NCBI GenBank assembly: GCA_938031185.1
Contig: CALHGX010000017.1
Coordinates: 7,662 to 71,661 of the forward strand
From: an uncultured bacterium
GTDB lineage: Bacteria; Verrucomicrobiota; Kiritimatiellia; CAIKKV01; CALHGX01
Direction: 5' to 3'
Length of the DNA stretch: 64,000 nucleotides
This document shows positions 47,689 through 56,014 of the stretch, one piece after another. Both the position numbers and the translations under genes were made by a program. The notes under the pieces are model-generated. The model saw nothing but the letters and a program-made list of their open reading frames with translations. It made no database searches and was not told the DNA's origin. Position 1 is the stretch's first letter. Every line of letters begins with the position of its first letter.

Positions 47689-49995
47689 ATGCCCGGAGGC
47701 GTTTCAGTGATCGGACTGGATCTCGGTCGCCATTCGATCAAGGCCGTCTGTCTGGTCCGCCGCTGGGGGCGCGCAGTGTTTACACGCGCCGAAGCGCTGC
47801 CCCTGCCGGACGGTCGCGCGGATGCGCCGCAGGTGCTGCGGCGGTGGCTGGAGCAGATGGACCTTCTGGATCCGCCTGTGGTCGTCGGCGTGTCGGGCCA
47901 TGCCGCGGCGATATTGAAAGTCGTGGATGTGCCAACCGGCGGGCGGACCGCCGCGCGCCTGGCTGCGAAAATGGAGGCGGAAAAATTCGCGCGCCTCACG
48001 TCCGAGGATTTGATCCACGACATTCGCGTGCATGCGCCGCGGAGGGGTCGGCACCGTGCGTTGTTCGTCATGGCCCGCAGCGATGTGATCGGCCAAGCGT
48101 TGCGAACGCCCCTCGGCGCATCCCTAAACATCGGCGACGCCATCCCGGCGCCGGCGGCGCTGGCCGCCACGGCGGCCGCATGGAGCGGATCTCGCCTTCC
48201 CCCCACACTGTGTGTGGACGTGGGATATCATGCCACGGAAATCGCCATCACCGACGGAGGCGGAGTGTGCTTCGCGCGCCATGCCCCGTTCGGCGCCGGC
48301 GCACTGGTGGACGCTCTGGCCCGAGCGCTGGGCTTGCCCCCCGCTCAAGCCGAAGAGCGGCTCGCCGCCGGCGCCGAGGCCATAGAAGGGCCCACCCCCG
48401 CAGCGGCTGCGCTTCAAGCCGCCGCAGAACCGCTCCTCGCCGAACTCCAGGTGGCTCTGGCGCTCCATGCCGACCGCTTTCCCGGCCCGGAGGATCGACC
48501 GCTTCAGTTGATTCTCTCCGGCGGCGGCAGCCTGATTGGGGGACTTCGGGAAGCCGTTGCGCAACGGGTGGACATGCCGGTACGGCTGCTTTCAGAGCTC
48601 AAAGGGCTTCCCTTTCCCGGGCGGCCAGAGCGATTCGCGGTGGCCGCGGGGCTGGCCTTGAGCGGCGCCGGTTTTGCGCCCGCCATCAGTTTGCTGCCCC
48701 CCATGATCCGCCGCCATGTCGTTCGAAAGCGTCAACAGCCCTACTGGATGGCTGCGGCAGCGATGCTAATTGTGATCGGCCTGACCGTCGCGCTGGGACG
48801 ACACATAGAGCGCAACCAGACCGCCCGGCGGTTGGCCGCCGAGCAAAGGCAACGCCAGGAAGAAAGCATCGTGGAAGCCAAATGGCGACGCCAGGAGGAA
48901 GCAAACCGGCGGGCCACGGAGGCGCTGCGCCAAACGCAGGCCGATGTCATGAACAACCGCGTTTTCGTGAACGTATTGGCGGCCTTGTCCGAAGCCAAAG
49001 CCACACAAGACTGGATCACCGTCGTTGCCGATCTGCCCGCCTATGCCGACTGGGCCGGCATGCCCCAGAAGACCGCGCCGCCCGCCCGGCGCGTGGAAGC
49101 CGCCATCACAAATTCCGCTCCCTCGTTCCGACTTTTCGCCGCCAGAGGTTATACCCCTGTTTTGACGTTCCGTTCTGTCCGCAGTCTGATCGACACCCTC
49201 CGCCGCGATGCGCGCATCGAAACCGCCGATCTTTTCGAGGACAGCCCCGCCAGCAAGGACGGCGTGCATAGCAATCTCTTCGGCCGACTGGGTATGGTGC
49301 CCTTCACTTTGCAGGTCCGCGCCCGCAACGGCTCTTCGGAGGAAAACGAGGCCCAGCCCCCTCCCTCGGACGCGCCGGCTTCGACCGATCGCCTGCGCAA
49401 GGCCGAAGCCGCCTGGCATCTGCTGACCAATCGCTGGACGGACGTGGTGCGAACGTTCTCGACCTTCTCGTCGCTCGAAGAGGCGGTCGGAGTGCCTGTC
49501 GAGGAAGCCGGGCGAATTGATTTCCGCATGGCGCTCATGAGAGCGCAGGAAGAACTCCAACAGACAGCCAGGCAGGCCGGCGCTCGCTTCCCGTCCGAGC
49601 TAGGTCTGGCCGACATCCTTGGTCCCGACGGCGACGTGATCGAGCGTCTTCTGCAACTGGCGGCCGTCAGCCGCGTCGGCGCCGCCGCACTGGCCGCCGG
49701 CGTCGAAGAAGTCGAGAGCATTGCCCCGCTTCCTCCCGTCTCGCATCTTGGAGCCGACGGCCTCGCGCTCTACATCGAATATCCTGTGCGTTTGCGCGCC
49801 GTCGGCGACATGAACGCGTTGCTACGATTCATCGAGCAGATCAGCCGGCCGGGGCAGTTCCTTGTGACGCGGCAGATGTTCGTACAGGCCGGCGCGCCCG
49901 AGCAACCCGAGCGGTTAACGTTTCAATGCACGGCCTCCGCGCTGGTGTTCGCCAGCGAAGACCATTTTCAAGAAAGAGAGGGCCGCGACTTGTGA
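47689..49995 (+). CDS. PilM-PilN-PilO-like triple fusion (pilus/T2SS alignment complex)
   Basis: N-terminal actin-like VIGLDLGRHSIKAV...ILSGGGSLIGGLREAV, a TM segment QQPYWMAAAAMLIVIGLTVAL with coiled coil (PilN-like), and a C-terminal alpha/beta domain YPVRLRAVGDMNALLRFIEQI (PilO/GspM-like). GAGGGAG lies 6 nt before the ATG at 47689. Confidence 0.6.
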   Translation: MPGGVSVIGLDLGRHSIKAVCLVRRWGRAVFTRAEALPLPDGRADAPQVLRRWLEQMDLLDPPVVVGVSGHAAAILKVVDVPTGGRTAARLAAKMEAEKFARLTSEDLIHDIRVHAPRRGRHRALFVMARSDVIGQALRTPLGASLNIGDAIPAPAALAATAAAWSGSRLPPTLCVDVGYHATEIAITDGGGVCFARHAPFGAGALVDALARALGLPPAQAEERLAAGAEAIEGPTPAAAALQAAAEPLLAELQVALALHADRFPGPEDRPLQLILSGGGSLIGGLREAVAQRVDMPVRLLSELKGLPFPGRPERFAVAAGLALSGAGFAPAISLLPPMIRRHVVRKRQQPYWMAAAAMLIVIGLTVALGRHIERNQTARRLAAEQRQRQEESIVEAKWRRQEEANRRATEALRQTQADVMNNRVFVNVLAALSEAKATQDWITVVADLPAYADWAGMPQKTAPPARRVEAAITNSAPSFRLFAARGYTPVLTFRSVRSLIDTLRRDARIETADLFEDSPASKDGVHSNLFGRLGMVPFTLQVRARNGSSEENEAQPPPSDAPASTDRLRKAEAAWHLLTNRWTDVVRTFSTFSSLEEAVGVPVEEAGRIDFRMALMRAQEELQQTARQAGARFPSELGLADILGPDGDVIERLLQLAAVSRVGAAALAAGVEEVESIAPLPPVSHLGADGLALYIEYPVRLRAVGDMNALLRFIEQISRPGQFLVTRQMFVQAGAPEQPERLTFQCTASALVFASEDHFQEREGRDL

Positions 49996-50024
49996 CCATC
50001 CCCAGCACGGAGAGCGGTTTGTTC

Positions 50025-50675
50025 ATGCCGGCGCGCGGGTTCTTCCTGTTCTTGTTGGCCGCATGGGTTGCGCTGGCAGCCTGGATCATGTGGCAGCGCC
50101 TTTCGGCGGACACGCGTTTGCCGCCGCCGATAACGCCCAACGGCGCCAGCGCCTCGCCTCGCGCGGCGCGGTCCGACTTCCAGCCGACAGAGGCGACAGC
50201 GCCTTTCCCCGCTCTCAAGGACAATCCCTTTAAGTCCGCTCACGTGCGGGCATGGAACGAGCATCAAGCCGCCGAGCGCGCGGCTCGCGAAGAGGCCCGT
50301 CGGCAGGCGGCGCAGGCCAAGCGCGCCCAACCTGCCGCTCCGCCGGCCAAACCACCTGCCATGTCCGCGGCCGAACCAGCGGCCCCGCCGCCACCCCCGC
50401 CGCCACCCCCGCCCGTGCATGAGTTCCGCTTCAGCGGCATCATTGAGTTGACGGACGGCCATCGCGTAGCCACGCTCGAAAGCGCCTTTGGCCGCGGCGT
50501 TTATCAAGCTGGGGAGTTTTGCGGGCCTCTCCAAATCACCGGTTTTGACGAACAGCGTCTGCGTTTGCGGCTGCGAAACGGATGGGAGGCGGTGGTGCCC
50601 ATCGGCCGCCCAGCCTTGATCTCCGCCGAGGAATGGCCCACCGCCGCCGAGGAAGATAAGGAGCCAGCCCCGTGA
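50025..50675 (+). CDS. membrane-anchored Pro-rich protein (PilP/GspC-like position)
   Basis: MPARGFFLFLLAAWVALAAWIMW TM segment, a Pro10 tract, and a C-terminal beta domain FRFSGIIELTDGHRVATLES...GEFCGPLQITGFDEQRLRL. An alternative GTG start at 49992 overlaps the upstream stop. Confidence 0.5.
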   Translation: MPARGFFLFLLAAWVALAAWIMWQRLSADTRLPPPITPNGASASPRAARSDFQPTEATAPFPALKDNPFKSAHVRAWNEHQAAERAAREEARRQAAQAKRAQPAAPPAKPPAMSAAEPAAPPPPPPPPPPVHEFRFSGIIELTDGHRVATLESAFGRGVYQAGEFCGPLQITGFDEQRLRLRLRNGWEAVVPIGRPALISAEEWPTAAEEDKEPAP

Positions 50676-52423
50676 TCACCGCACCCGATGTCTTTGCCGG
50701 TGGTCCGCGGCGGATCGCCTCTCTTTCCGCGGTCATGCAGGAACTTGGCTCCCGGCTGTTCCAAGCCGGCCGCCTTACGCGCAATCAAATCGAGGAGGCC
50801 GCCGCGCGCGCCGGCCTTCTCGGGCGGCCGTTAGACCAACTGCTCATCGAGGAACAGCTTCTTCCGGAAGAAACCGTGCTGGCCGAGCTGTCCACCATTA
50901 CGGGCGTTCCCTTTGTTCCCATCAGCGCCTTCGAGATTCGCCGCGACCTCGTCGCCATGGTGCCCGCGCGCACTGCCCTGCACTACGGCATTATTCCCCT
51001 GGACCTGCGCAACGGGGTCCTCGCGCTGGCCACCAGCCGCCTGTACGATCTCGGGGAGCAGGAGAACATCGAAACCCTCCTCCGTTCGGGCGTAAGCTGG
51101 GTGCTGTGCACGCGGCGCGATGTGGAGGAGGCGGTCAAACATTTCTACGGCCTCGGCGCCGACGTGCTGGAAGAAATGCTACCCGGCGCCGCGCGCACCG
51201 CGGCGCCCCCCACCGCAGAAACCACGGCCGCCGCCGACAGCGCCGGGCCGGGTCTTACGCGCCTCGTCGAGCAAATCATCCGTGAAGCCATTCAGATGCA
51301 TGCGAGCGATATCCACCTCGAACCCATGGAAAAACGCCTTTCGCTCCGTTACCGGGTGGACGGCGTGCTATGCCCCATTCCGTTGCCGGAAGGACTCCAT
51401 CGCCTGCAGCGCGGCATTGTATCCTGCCTGAAAGTCATGGCGCAGCTCAACATCTCCGAGCACCGTCTGCCGCACGACGGACGCATCCGCATGACGGTAG
51501 GCGACGAGCCCTTCGACATACGCGTGTCGGTCATCCCCACCCAGTTCGGCGAGGCGGTGAACCTGCGCATTCTCAACCGCAAGGCCGCCTTTCTGGACCT
51601 GGGCGATCTGGGCTTGCGGCCCGATCAGATGCGCCGGATGGAAGACCTGATCGCCCTCTCGCACGGCATCATCCTGATCACCGGACCGACCGGCAGCGGG
51701 AAGACCAGTACGCTTTACGCCGTGCTCCGCCGCATCCGGGACGAAACCATCAGCATCATCACCATCGAAGATCCCGTCGAGTACCAGATGGACGGCATCC
51801 TGCAAATTCAGGCCCATCCGGAAATTGGATTGGACTTTGCGGCCGGGTTGCGCGTGATCCTGCGGCACGATCCGAACGTGATCATGATCGGAGAAATCCG
51901 CGATACGGAAACCGCCGATATTGCCATCCGCTCCTCGCTGACGGGGCATCTTGTTTTCAGCACGCTGCACACCAACGACGCCGCCGGCGCCGTCGCTCGG
52001 CTGGTTGACATGGGCATCGAACCGTATCTGGTGGCGTCCGGCCTAGAGGGCATTGTCGCGCAGCGGCTCGTGCGTGTGATCTGTTCCGCTTGCGCCGAGC
52101 CGGCCGTTGTGCCCGACACGCTGTTGCGTGAAATCGAGCGGGACCTGTCCGAATGGACCGGACCGCGCCATTTGCGACGCGGACGCGGCTGTCCAGCCTG
52201 CAAATACACCGGCTACCGCGGCCGGCGGGCGATTTTTGAGTTGTTGCCCATCACGGACACCATTCGCTCGCTGGTCATCCGCGGAGCGGTGGGCGACGAG
52301 GTCCGCGCTGCCGCGATCGGCCAAGGCATGATGACACTGCGGCAAAGCGGGTGGGCGCTGGCGTTGGAGGGCACGACCACCGCCGACGAAGTGCTTCGCG
52401 TGACACAGCGCCGCCGAGCCTGA
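50672..52423 (+). CDS. GspE/PilB-family secretion ATPase
   Basis: T2SSE N-terminal domain, Walker A GPTGSGKTS, Asp/His boxes, tetra-Cys CSACAEP...CPACKYTGYRGR. GTGA overlap with the upstream gene. Confidence 0.9.
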   Translation: MITAPDVFAGGPRRIASLSAVMQELGSRLFQAGRLTRNQIEEAAARAGLLGRPLDQLLIEEQLLPEETVLAELSTITGVPFVPISAFEIRRDLVAMVPARTALHYGIIPLDLRNGVLALATSRLYDLGEQENIETLLRSGVSWVLCTRRDVEEAVKHFYGLGADVLEEMLPGAARTAAPPTAETTAAADSAGPGLTRLVEQIIREAIQMHASDIHLEPMEKRLSLRYRVDGVLCPIPLPEGLHRLQRGIVSCLKVMAQLNISEHRLPHDGRIRMTVGDEPFDIRVSVIPTQFGEAVNLRILNRKAAFLDLGDLGLRPDQMRRMEDLIALSHGIILITGPTGSGKTSTLYAVLRRIRDETISIITIEDPVEYQMDGILQIQAHPEIGLDFAAGLRVILRHDPNVIMIGEIRDTETADIAIRSSLTGHLVFSTLHTNDAAGAVARLVDMGIEPYLVASGLEGIVAQRLVRVICSACAEPAVVPDTLLREIERDLSEWTGPRHLRRGRGCPACKYTGYRGRRAIFELLPITDTIRSLVIRGAVGDEVRAAAIGQGMMTLRQSGWALALEGTTTADEVLRVTQRRRA

Positions 52424-52433
52424 TTTCCCGGCC

Positions 52434-52937
52434 TCAAAGCCGCGGCGCGAAACGTTGAGCCCGCGGCGTTTCGGGCAGCGCCGCCAGCACCTCCGCAACA
52501 CAGCGTGTTGCGCCCGGCAGCACAAGCCCCGGCCGCACGTCCGCCAGCGGTTGCACTACAAAGCGCCGTTCCGCCCATCGGGGATGCGGCAACGTCAATT
52601 CCGCGCCCTGCCGCTGCATCCCGTCGGCATAAATCACATCAATGTCTATCGGCCGGGGCGCACAGGGGTCTTCTTCCCGCCGGCGCCCCATTTGGGCCTC
52701 GATGGCTCGCAAGGCATCGGCCAGCCGTTCGAGCGAGCCGTCCCACTCGATAACAAGAATGGCGTTGAGAAAAAGTCGGTCGCTATGCTCGGGCCGCACT
52801 CCCACGGGATCGGTTTCGTAGACCGGAGATCGCGCCAGCACCCGCGCACCCGAAAGACGCTCGATGCGCGCCGCCGCCTCGCGGAGCTGGGCCAACCGAT
52901 CCCCCGTGTTGGCGCCCAAGCTGAGGCCGACTTCCAT
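52434..52937 (-). CDS. folK: 2-amino-4-hydroxy-6-hydroxymethyldihydropteridine diphosphokinase
   Basis: MEVGLSLGANTGDRL...SPVYETDPVG...RPIDIDVIY...LTLPHPRWAERRFVVQPLADV. Confidence 0.8.
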   Translation of the reverse strand: MEVGLSLGANTGDRLAQLREAAARIERLSGARVLARSPVYETDPVGVRPEHSDRLFLNAILVIEWDGSLERLADALRAIEAQMGRRREEDPCAPRPIDIDVIYADGMQRQGAELTLPHPRWAERRFVVQPLADVRPGLVLPGATRCVAEVLAALPETPRAQRFAPRL

Positions 52938-52951
52938 ATGTTCGCCCGCCG

Positions 52952-53779
52952 CTAACGAAGGCCAAGGACATCCTGCATGTCGTACAGGCCGGGCTTTCGG
53001 CCGGCCACCCAAACAGCCGCGCGCAACGCGCCCATCGCAAACGCGTCACGACTGCCGGCCTTGTGGTGGAACTCGACCCGCTCCCCCTCCGTCGCAAAAA
53101 CCACCGCGTGTTCGCCCACCACGTCGCCGCCCCGCAGCGCGTGCACGCCGATCTCCCCCGGGGTCCGTTCCCCGATCAAGCCCTGCCGTCCATGCTGAAG
53201 CGTGTCTTTCAGCTTCTGTTTGCGCACCTCGGCGATGCGCTCCGCCAGCTTCAACGCCGTTCCGCTGGGCGCATCCTTCTTGAACCGGTGGTGAAACTCC
53301 ACAATCTCGACGTCGTAATCGAGCCCAAATACCTTCGCCGCCTCCGCCACTAAGGCCAGCAACACGTTGACGCCAAGGCTCATGTTCGGCGCCTGCACCA
53401 CCGGCACTGTTTTCGCCGCCTCACGCAGTCCCTTCATGGCCGCCGGCGATAACCCGGTGGTTCCGATGACCAGCGCCTGCCCGCTGCGCGCCGCATGCTC
53501 CACCGTGACCGGCGCGACGTTGTGCGCGCTGAAGTCAACCAGCACCTCCGCCTCCGCGGCTGCCAACAGATCCGGACTGATCTGCACGCCCGTCTCGCCG
53601 GCGCAGGCCACCAGTCCTGCGTCCTTCCAAAGGTGCGCGCTGTCCGGTCGCTCGATGGCGGCCACCAGGCGCACGTTCTTCATCCGCCGGCAACACCGGA
53701 TTAGCGTCTGCCCCATCCGGCCGGCCGCGCCCACCACCGCGATCTTGATCACGCCATCCCCCTTTCTCCGCCTCGGCAT
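52952..53779 (-). CDS. dapB: 4-hydroxy-tetrahydrodipicolinate reductase
   Basis: IKIAVVGAAGRMGQ... EIVEFHHRFKKDAPSGTA... Confidence 0.9.
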   Translation of the reverse strand: MPRRRKGDGVIKIAVVGAAGRMGQTLIRCCRRMKNVRLVAAIERPDSAHLWKDAGLVACAGETGVQISPDLLAAAEAEVLVDFSAHNVAPVTVEHAARSGQALVIGTTGLSPAAMKGLREAAKTVPVVQAPNMSLGVNVLLALVAEAAKVFGLDYDVEIVEFHHRFKKDAPSGTALKLAERIAEVRKQKLKDTLQHGRQGLIGERTPGEIGVHALRGGDVVGEHAVVFATEGERVEFHHKAGSRDAFAMGALRAAVWVAGRKPGLYDMQDVLGLR

Positions 53780-53783
53780 GGCC

Positions 53784-54656
53784 TTACCCCCTGAGCAATC
53801 CCACTTCCTTCAGGCATTCCGCCAGCCTCGATTTGAGCGCCGGACTCATTTCGCACAGTGGAAGACGGTACACTTCCTCGATTAGTCCGGCCATCGCCAT
53901 GGCTGCCTTGATCGGAATCGGATTGGTATCCAGAAACAGGTCCGCAAACAGCCGCGCATAGGTGCGGTGCAATACGCGGGCTTTTTCCCAATGCCCTTGG
54001 AGTGCGCTGTGCACCATGTCGGCCACCGGCTTCGGCGCGATGTTGGACGCCACGCTGATCACGCCGCGCGCGCCCACGGCCATCATCGGGAGTGTCAGGC
54101 TGTCGTCGCCGGACAACACCGTGATGTCGCAGGATCGCAGAATCTGGCTCACCCGCTCGACGCTGCCGCCAGCTTCCTTGATCGTCGTAATCTTCGGGTG
54201 CTGGGCCAGCCGCGCCACGGTTTCCACGGAAATCTCCCGTCCCGTGCGACTGGGAACGTTGTAGAGCACCACAGGCAATCCAAGGTCCGCCACGGTGCTG
54301 AAATGGCGGAACAAGCCCTCCTGGTTCGGCTTATTGTAGTACGGCGTCACCTGCAGCGTGGCATCGGCCCCGGCTCGAATCGCATGCCGCGTGAGCCGCA
54401 GCGCTTCCGCCGTGGAGTTGGCGCCGGCCCCCGCAATCACCTTGAGGCGGCCGCGGCTGGCTTCGACGGCCGTCTCGATCACGCGTTCATGCTCCTCGAA
54501 GTCGAGCGTCGGCGATTCGCCGGTGGTGCCGACCGGCACGATGCCGTCCACGCCGTTCTCGATTTGGATTTCGATCAGTGCCCGGAAGCGCTGAAAATCC
54601 ACGTGCCCATCCTTGCGGAAGGGCGTGACGATGGCGGTATAAGCTCCTTCAAACAT
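53784..54656 (-). CDS. dapA: 4-hydroxy-tetrahydrodipicolinate synthase
   Basis: MFEGAYTAIVTPFRKDGHVDF...GVDGIVPVGTTGESPTL...YNVPSRTG. Confidence 0.9.
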   Translation of the reverse strand: MFEGAYTAIVTPFRKDGHVDFQRFRALIEIQIENGVDGIVPVGTTGESPTLDFEEHERVIETAVEASRGRLKVIAGAGANSTAEALRLTRHAIRAGADATLQVTPYYNKPNQEGLFRHFSTVADLGLPVVLYNVPSRTGREISVETVARLAQHPKITTIKEAGGSVERVSQILRSCDITVLSGDDSLTLPMMAVGARGVISVASNIAPKPVADMVHSALQGHWEKARVLHRTYARLFADLFLDTNPIPIKAAMAMAGLIEEVYRLPLCEMSPALKSRLAECLKEVGLLRG

Positions 54657-55941
54657 GATCGGGTTGCTCCTTCCTTCGGTTCTCATGGCGCGCACCGGCG
54701 TCTTCTCCGCGAACAAGATCCGCCCAGCTTTCCCGCGCGCGGATCAGCCGATGGCACGCGCCATCCACCATCACCTCCGCCGGCCGGCGCCGGCTGTTGT
54801 AGTTTGAGGCCATGGAGAACCCGTACGCGCCCGCGTTCATCACCGCCAGCAGATCGCCCTCGCGAACCGCCGGCAACTCGCGGTCCAGCGCGATGAAATC
54901 GCCCGATTCGCAGATGGGGCCCACCAAATCGCCGCGAATCCGCCGCGCCGTCCGGCGCACGGGCCACACTTCGTGATGCGCTTCGTAGAGCGCGGGACGG
55001 ATCAGATCGTTCATGCCCGCGTCGGCAATCACGAATTTTTTGCGATAGCTGTCCTTCACGTATTGCACGCGGCAGACGAGCAGGCCCGCCGGCCCAACCA
55101 GGCTGCGGCCGGGCTCCAGAATGACGCGCAAACCGATCTTCTTCAGCCAGGGCAGCACGGCGGCCGCAAACACTCGCGGCGCGAGCGGCTCCTGATCGGG
55201 CATATAGTCAATCCCCATGCCGCCGCCGATGTCGAGCCATTCGAAGGCGGCATGGCGGCGGCGCAGCTGGGCGCACAAGACCGCTGCTCGGGCCAGCGCC
55301 TGAACGTAGGGTCGGGGACTGAGGATCTGCGAGCCGATGTGCATGTGCAAACCGGCGATTTCGATATTCGGAAGCTGCGCCGCCATTTCGTACGCCGCAA
55401 GGGCGCGATCGGGATCCAGCCCGAATTTGTTCTCCCGCTGGCCGGTGGTGATGTAGCGATGCGTGCGCGGATTGACACCGGGATTTACCCGGAACGCGAC
55501 CCGCGCCCGGCAGCCGAGCGCCACCGCCCGCGCGGAGATGCGCCGCGCTTCCGGCTCCGATTCCACCGTAAAGAACAAGATCCCTTCACGCAGGGCGTAG
55601 TCTATCTCCTCCTCCGTCTTCCCAACGCCGGCAAACACGACGCGCGCCGGATCGGCCCCCGCCCGCCGCACGCGGTACAGCTCGCCGCCGGACACGATGT
55701 CGAATCCGGCGCCTTCCTCCCGAAGCGCGCCGAGCACCGCCAGATTGGAATTGGCTTTGACCGAATAGCAAATTAGCGGCCGCACCGGCGCCATGGCCCG
55801 GGCCAAGGCCCGATAGCGTGCCCCGATCTCCCGGCGGCTATACACATACAAGGGGGTTCCGTAGATTTCCGCCAGCCGTTCGACGGAGACGCCTTCGGCA
55901 TATAGCCGGCCGGCACGATAGAGAAATGCAAGGCCGCTCAA
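54649..55941 (-). CDS. lysA: diaminopimelate decarboxylase
   Basis: TPLYVYSRREI...ICYSVKANSNLAVL...GGGMGIDY...CESGDF. The TTG start at 55941 is preceded by GGAGGA and a 6-nt spacer. The 546-aa ORF to 56289 would overlap the helicase gene. Confidence 0.88.
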   Translation of the reverse strand: MSGLAFLYRAGRLYAEGVSVERLAEIYGTPLYVYSRREIGARYRALARAMAPVRPLICYSVKANSNLAVLGALREEGAGFDIVSGGELYRVRRAGADPARVVFAGVGKTEEEIDYALREGILFFTVESEPEARRISARAVALGCRARVAFRVNPGVNPRTHRYITTGQRENKFGLDPDRALAAYEMAAQLPNIEIAGLHMHIGSQILSPRPYVQALARAAVLCAQLRRRHAAFEWLDIGGGMGIDYMPDQEPLAPRVFAAAVLPWLKKIGLRVILEPGRSLVGPAGLLVCRVQYVKDSYRKKFVIADAGMNDLIRPALYEAHHEVWPVRRTARRIRGDLVGPICESGDFIALDRELPAVREGDLLAVMNAGAYGFSMASNYNSRRRPAEVMVDGACHRLIRARESWADLVRGEDAGARHENRRKEQPDHV

Positions 55942-56014
55942 TGAACTTCCTCCGAGTTTTGGTCGCCAGATACCATAAGATGCCGACGTTGTCAAAAAGA
56001 GGGACCGGCTTGCT

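Noticed and set aside
50385-50414. Pro10 tract encoded by CCGCCGCCACCC x2 + CCGCCC, as a phase-variable or contingency repeat
   Set aside because: There are only 2.5 copies of an in-frame 12-nt unit, so slippage would change linker length and not the reading frame. It is most simply a Pro-rich linker of a periplasm-spanning protein.
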